A DNA stretch of 63,614 bases, filler included, from Hyphochytrium catenoides (lineage: Eukaryota; Protista; Hyphochytriomycota), in NCBI GenBank assembly GCA_900088475.1. It is 13 parts of 13 records of this genome, joined end to end, with 100 filler letters (N's around TTAATTAATTAA, not from the genome) between each part and the next. Parts side by side here need not be neighbours in the genome. Positions count along the whole stretch, not along the records: positions 59,874 to 62,087 come from FLMG01004413.1; positions 62,188 to 63,614 come from FLMG01000919.1; 11 more parts are not named here. One strand, given 5' to 3'. The number at the start of each line of letters is the position of its first letter. Position 1 is the stretch's first letter. The position numbers were made by a program, and so were the translations under genes. Below the pieces are notes generated by a model, which saw only the letters and a program-made list of their open reading frames with translations, was not told the origin of the DNA and searched no databases. Shown here one piece after another: positions 61,711-63,614 of this stretch.

Positions 61711-63614
61711 TTATAATGTATGGGATTTGAAGGCACTCTTATTTAGGTTATGTGGTCTACTGATATATCGAAGTGAGTATAAGAGCTTATGGGACCCTGT
61801 TTCCTAGTTATCACGTTGTCTAGTTGTTCTGGAGAGTAACTGTGTCTCGAATAAACTACTAGACCCAGTTACTACTTCTTGACGTCATATGATGACTTAC
61901 CTGATGATAATAATCTAGTTATCAATACAGCAGGCAAGCCTGAGGGCTCGCCCTTTTAGATATGGGTAATCCAGCCTTGACCGGCAGGATTATTTGTATA
62001 AGTACACCGTACTTTACTTGCTCAAGCAGGCTTAGACCATATTACTCCGTTATTTATTAGATTAGAGCCTCTTTTAGAGACTATTAANNNNNNNNNNNNN
62101 NNNNNNNNNNNNNNNNNNNNNNNNNNNNNNNTTAATTAATTAANNNNNNNNNNNNNNNNNNNNNNNNNNNNNNNNNNNNNNNNNNNNATACAGTTCCAAG
62201 GGGCCGATTGAGTGAAGGGGTAGAGCTAGAGATAAACAGTGTTAGCCTACACGCATGTACCTTTCCAACTTCTACATCCTAAATCGGCATAAGGTACATT
62301 CCAATCCTGTCTTGAGCGATGTTCGCTACAGTACAATACAATAACTCACAGAGAATGAGGCGGCGTGGAGCTGATGATGGCACACTGATGAGTGATTCAT
62401 CGCCCTGGTCAGCAAGCAGGAGCGAGAATGATATCAAAAGTAATGACCTTGGTCGGCTAGTAAACAAAGTAGGTAATCGCTATAGTCTCGGTCCCCATCA
62501 AGAGAAAGTGGGCACCATGCATAAGCAACCAGGGCTTCCGGCTAGCGCTGCGCGAGACTGGAACAGAGGAACGTAAGGGGATGACAAGCAGCGAGTCGCA
62601 ACCTACAACCCTTTAGCGTGGGCTTACTCTGGGTTTGTGTGCTGGCTATGGAGAGACATGGTGAAGAACCGCCGTCATCGGGATGAATGAAAAGTGGTCG
62701 CAATATTAACCGTGGATATTGGATAATATGGTGCACATTGGAGTTACTACTGGTACGCAAGAAGGAAGAGGTGGGCGCTGGGTCCCATACCTCAGGTTAG
62801 TAATTATTAGGATCGACTCCTTAGTGAAAAACATGACTCATGGCCCATTGCACCACCCACCAATGGCGACCTGTACTACTAAGCTTGCAACGAAGGGTAG
62901 TCGCGGCATACTTTCAGTGGGATAGCCGAGACAATCAATAGGTTATTAGAGCGCTGCTCGAGCGCATTCGTACCTCCAAAATAAGGGCAGGGAGGTTGAG
63001 GCAAGCTCATCGGAGGAGTGGACCGCTCAACCGCATCTCTACTCAATAAGTTATCGAAAACGTTAAAGGTATCGAAAAGTGTTAAAAGGAGCTTCTTCTC
63101 CCTCGGTCTGATTTGCATTAAGCAGTGCAAACGCTGCCCCTATTTGCAACAGTACCCCTGCGATGCCAATAGCTATTGTGGTTACGACCTAAGCTGTCGC
63201 GCGAGAATTGGCATAGCCTTCGCATCTGCCAGCTCCAATCACCCCTACCCCTTTTAGAGAGCGCTGTGTTCTTTAGAGTTCACTCATTGCCATCAGTGAC
63301 TCATCATCTCATCATCGCTCATCCCTCGCTCCATACGCCATTCTCATAATACAGAGAGAAGACTTGCTTGATAAACCGCAAGAAGCCAAACAAGCCCCAT
63401 GCTCTTCTTCGTACCTGGATTCTGATCATCAGCTCATTTCTCGATAGAGTGCCAAGGCCTGAACAGAGTTTTGAAGACTACAACTGGAGTTGCACGGAAA
63501 CTGACAAAATGTTATAGGGGGAGAAAGGACAAAGAGACAGAGAGAGAAGAGATGGGCGAAGGTAGACAAAGGATATAAAGGAAAGGAGACAGAGACAAGG
63601 AGAGAAAGGACCAG

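Noticed and set aside
62188-63614. Short ORFs in the last contig
   Set aside because: No recognisable motifs or consistent exon chain on either strand.

Overview
This is eukaryotic, intron-rich nuclear DNA and it is not one locus. It consists of 13 draft contigs joined by 12 artificial N44-TTAATTAATTAA-N44 linkers, so adjacency across linkers is meaningless. Introns and intergenic DNA are saturated with (GA)n/(CT)n and (TTC)n microsatellites, which generate most of the spurious ORFs in the supplied track. Splicing GT-AG exons by hand gave these genes: two tandem WrbA/flavodoxin-like quinone reductases, a Rab GDP-dissociation inhibitor (3' part), a complete 13-exon trifunctional C1-tetrahydrofolate synthase head-to-head with SF3B4, an RCC1-repeat fragment, a CCDC87-like gene, a type I PRMT (PRMT3-like), and a bacterial-type soluble pyridine nucleotide transhydrogenase (SthA/UdhA) carrying spliceosomal introns. 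Intronless or intron-poor orphan genes are a 1101-aa protein (2 LamG-like domains, PTPQ stalk, NHL propeller), a single-pass membrane protein with a zinc ribbon and an unrecognised 4x repeat, two multipass membrane proteins and an ankyrin-like repeat protein. Mobile DNA includes two copia-type LTR/PBS 5' ends primed by an internal initiator-tRNA fragment, a frameshifted gag and an integrase-type transposon relic. The organism is probably a protist, possibly SAR/stramenopile; that is inference from protein style only. No rRNA, tRNA or CRISPR array was found. All family assignments are from motif recognition, without database searches.
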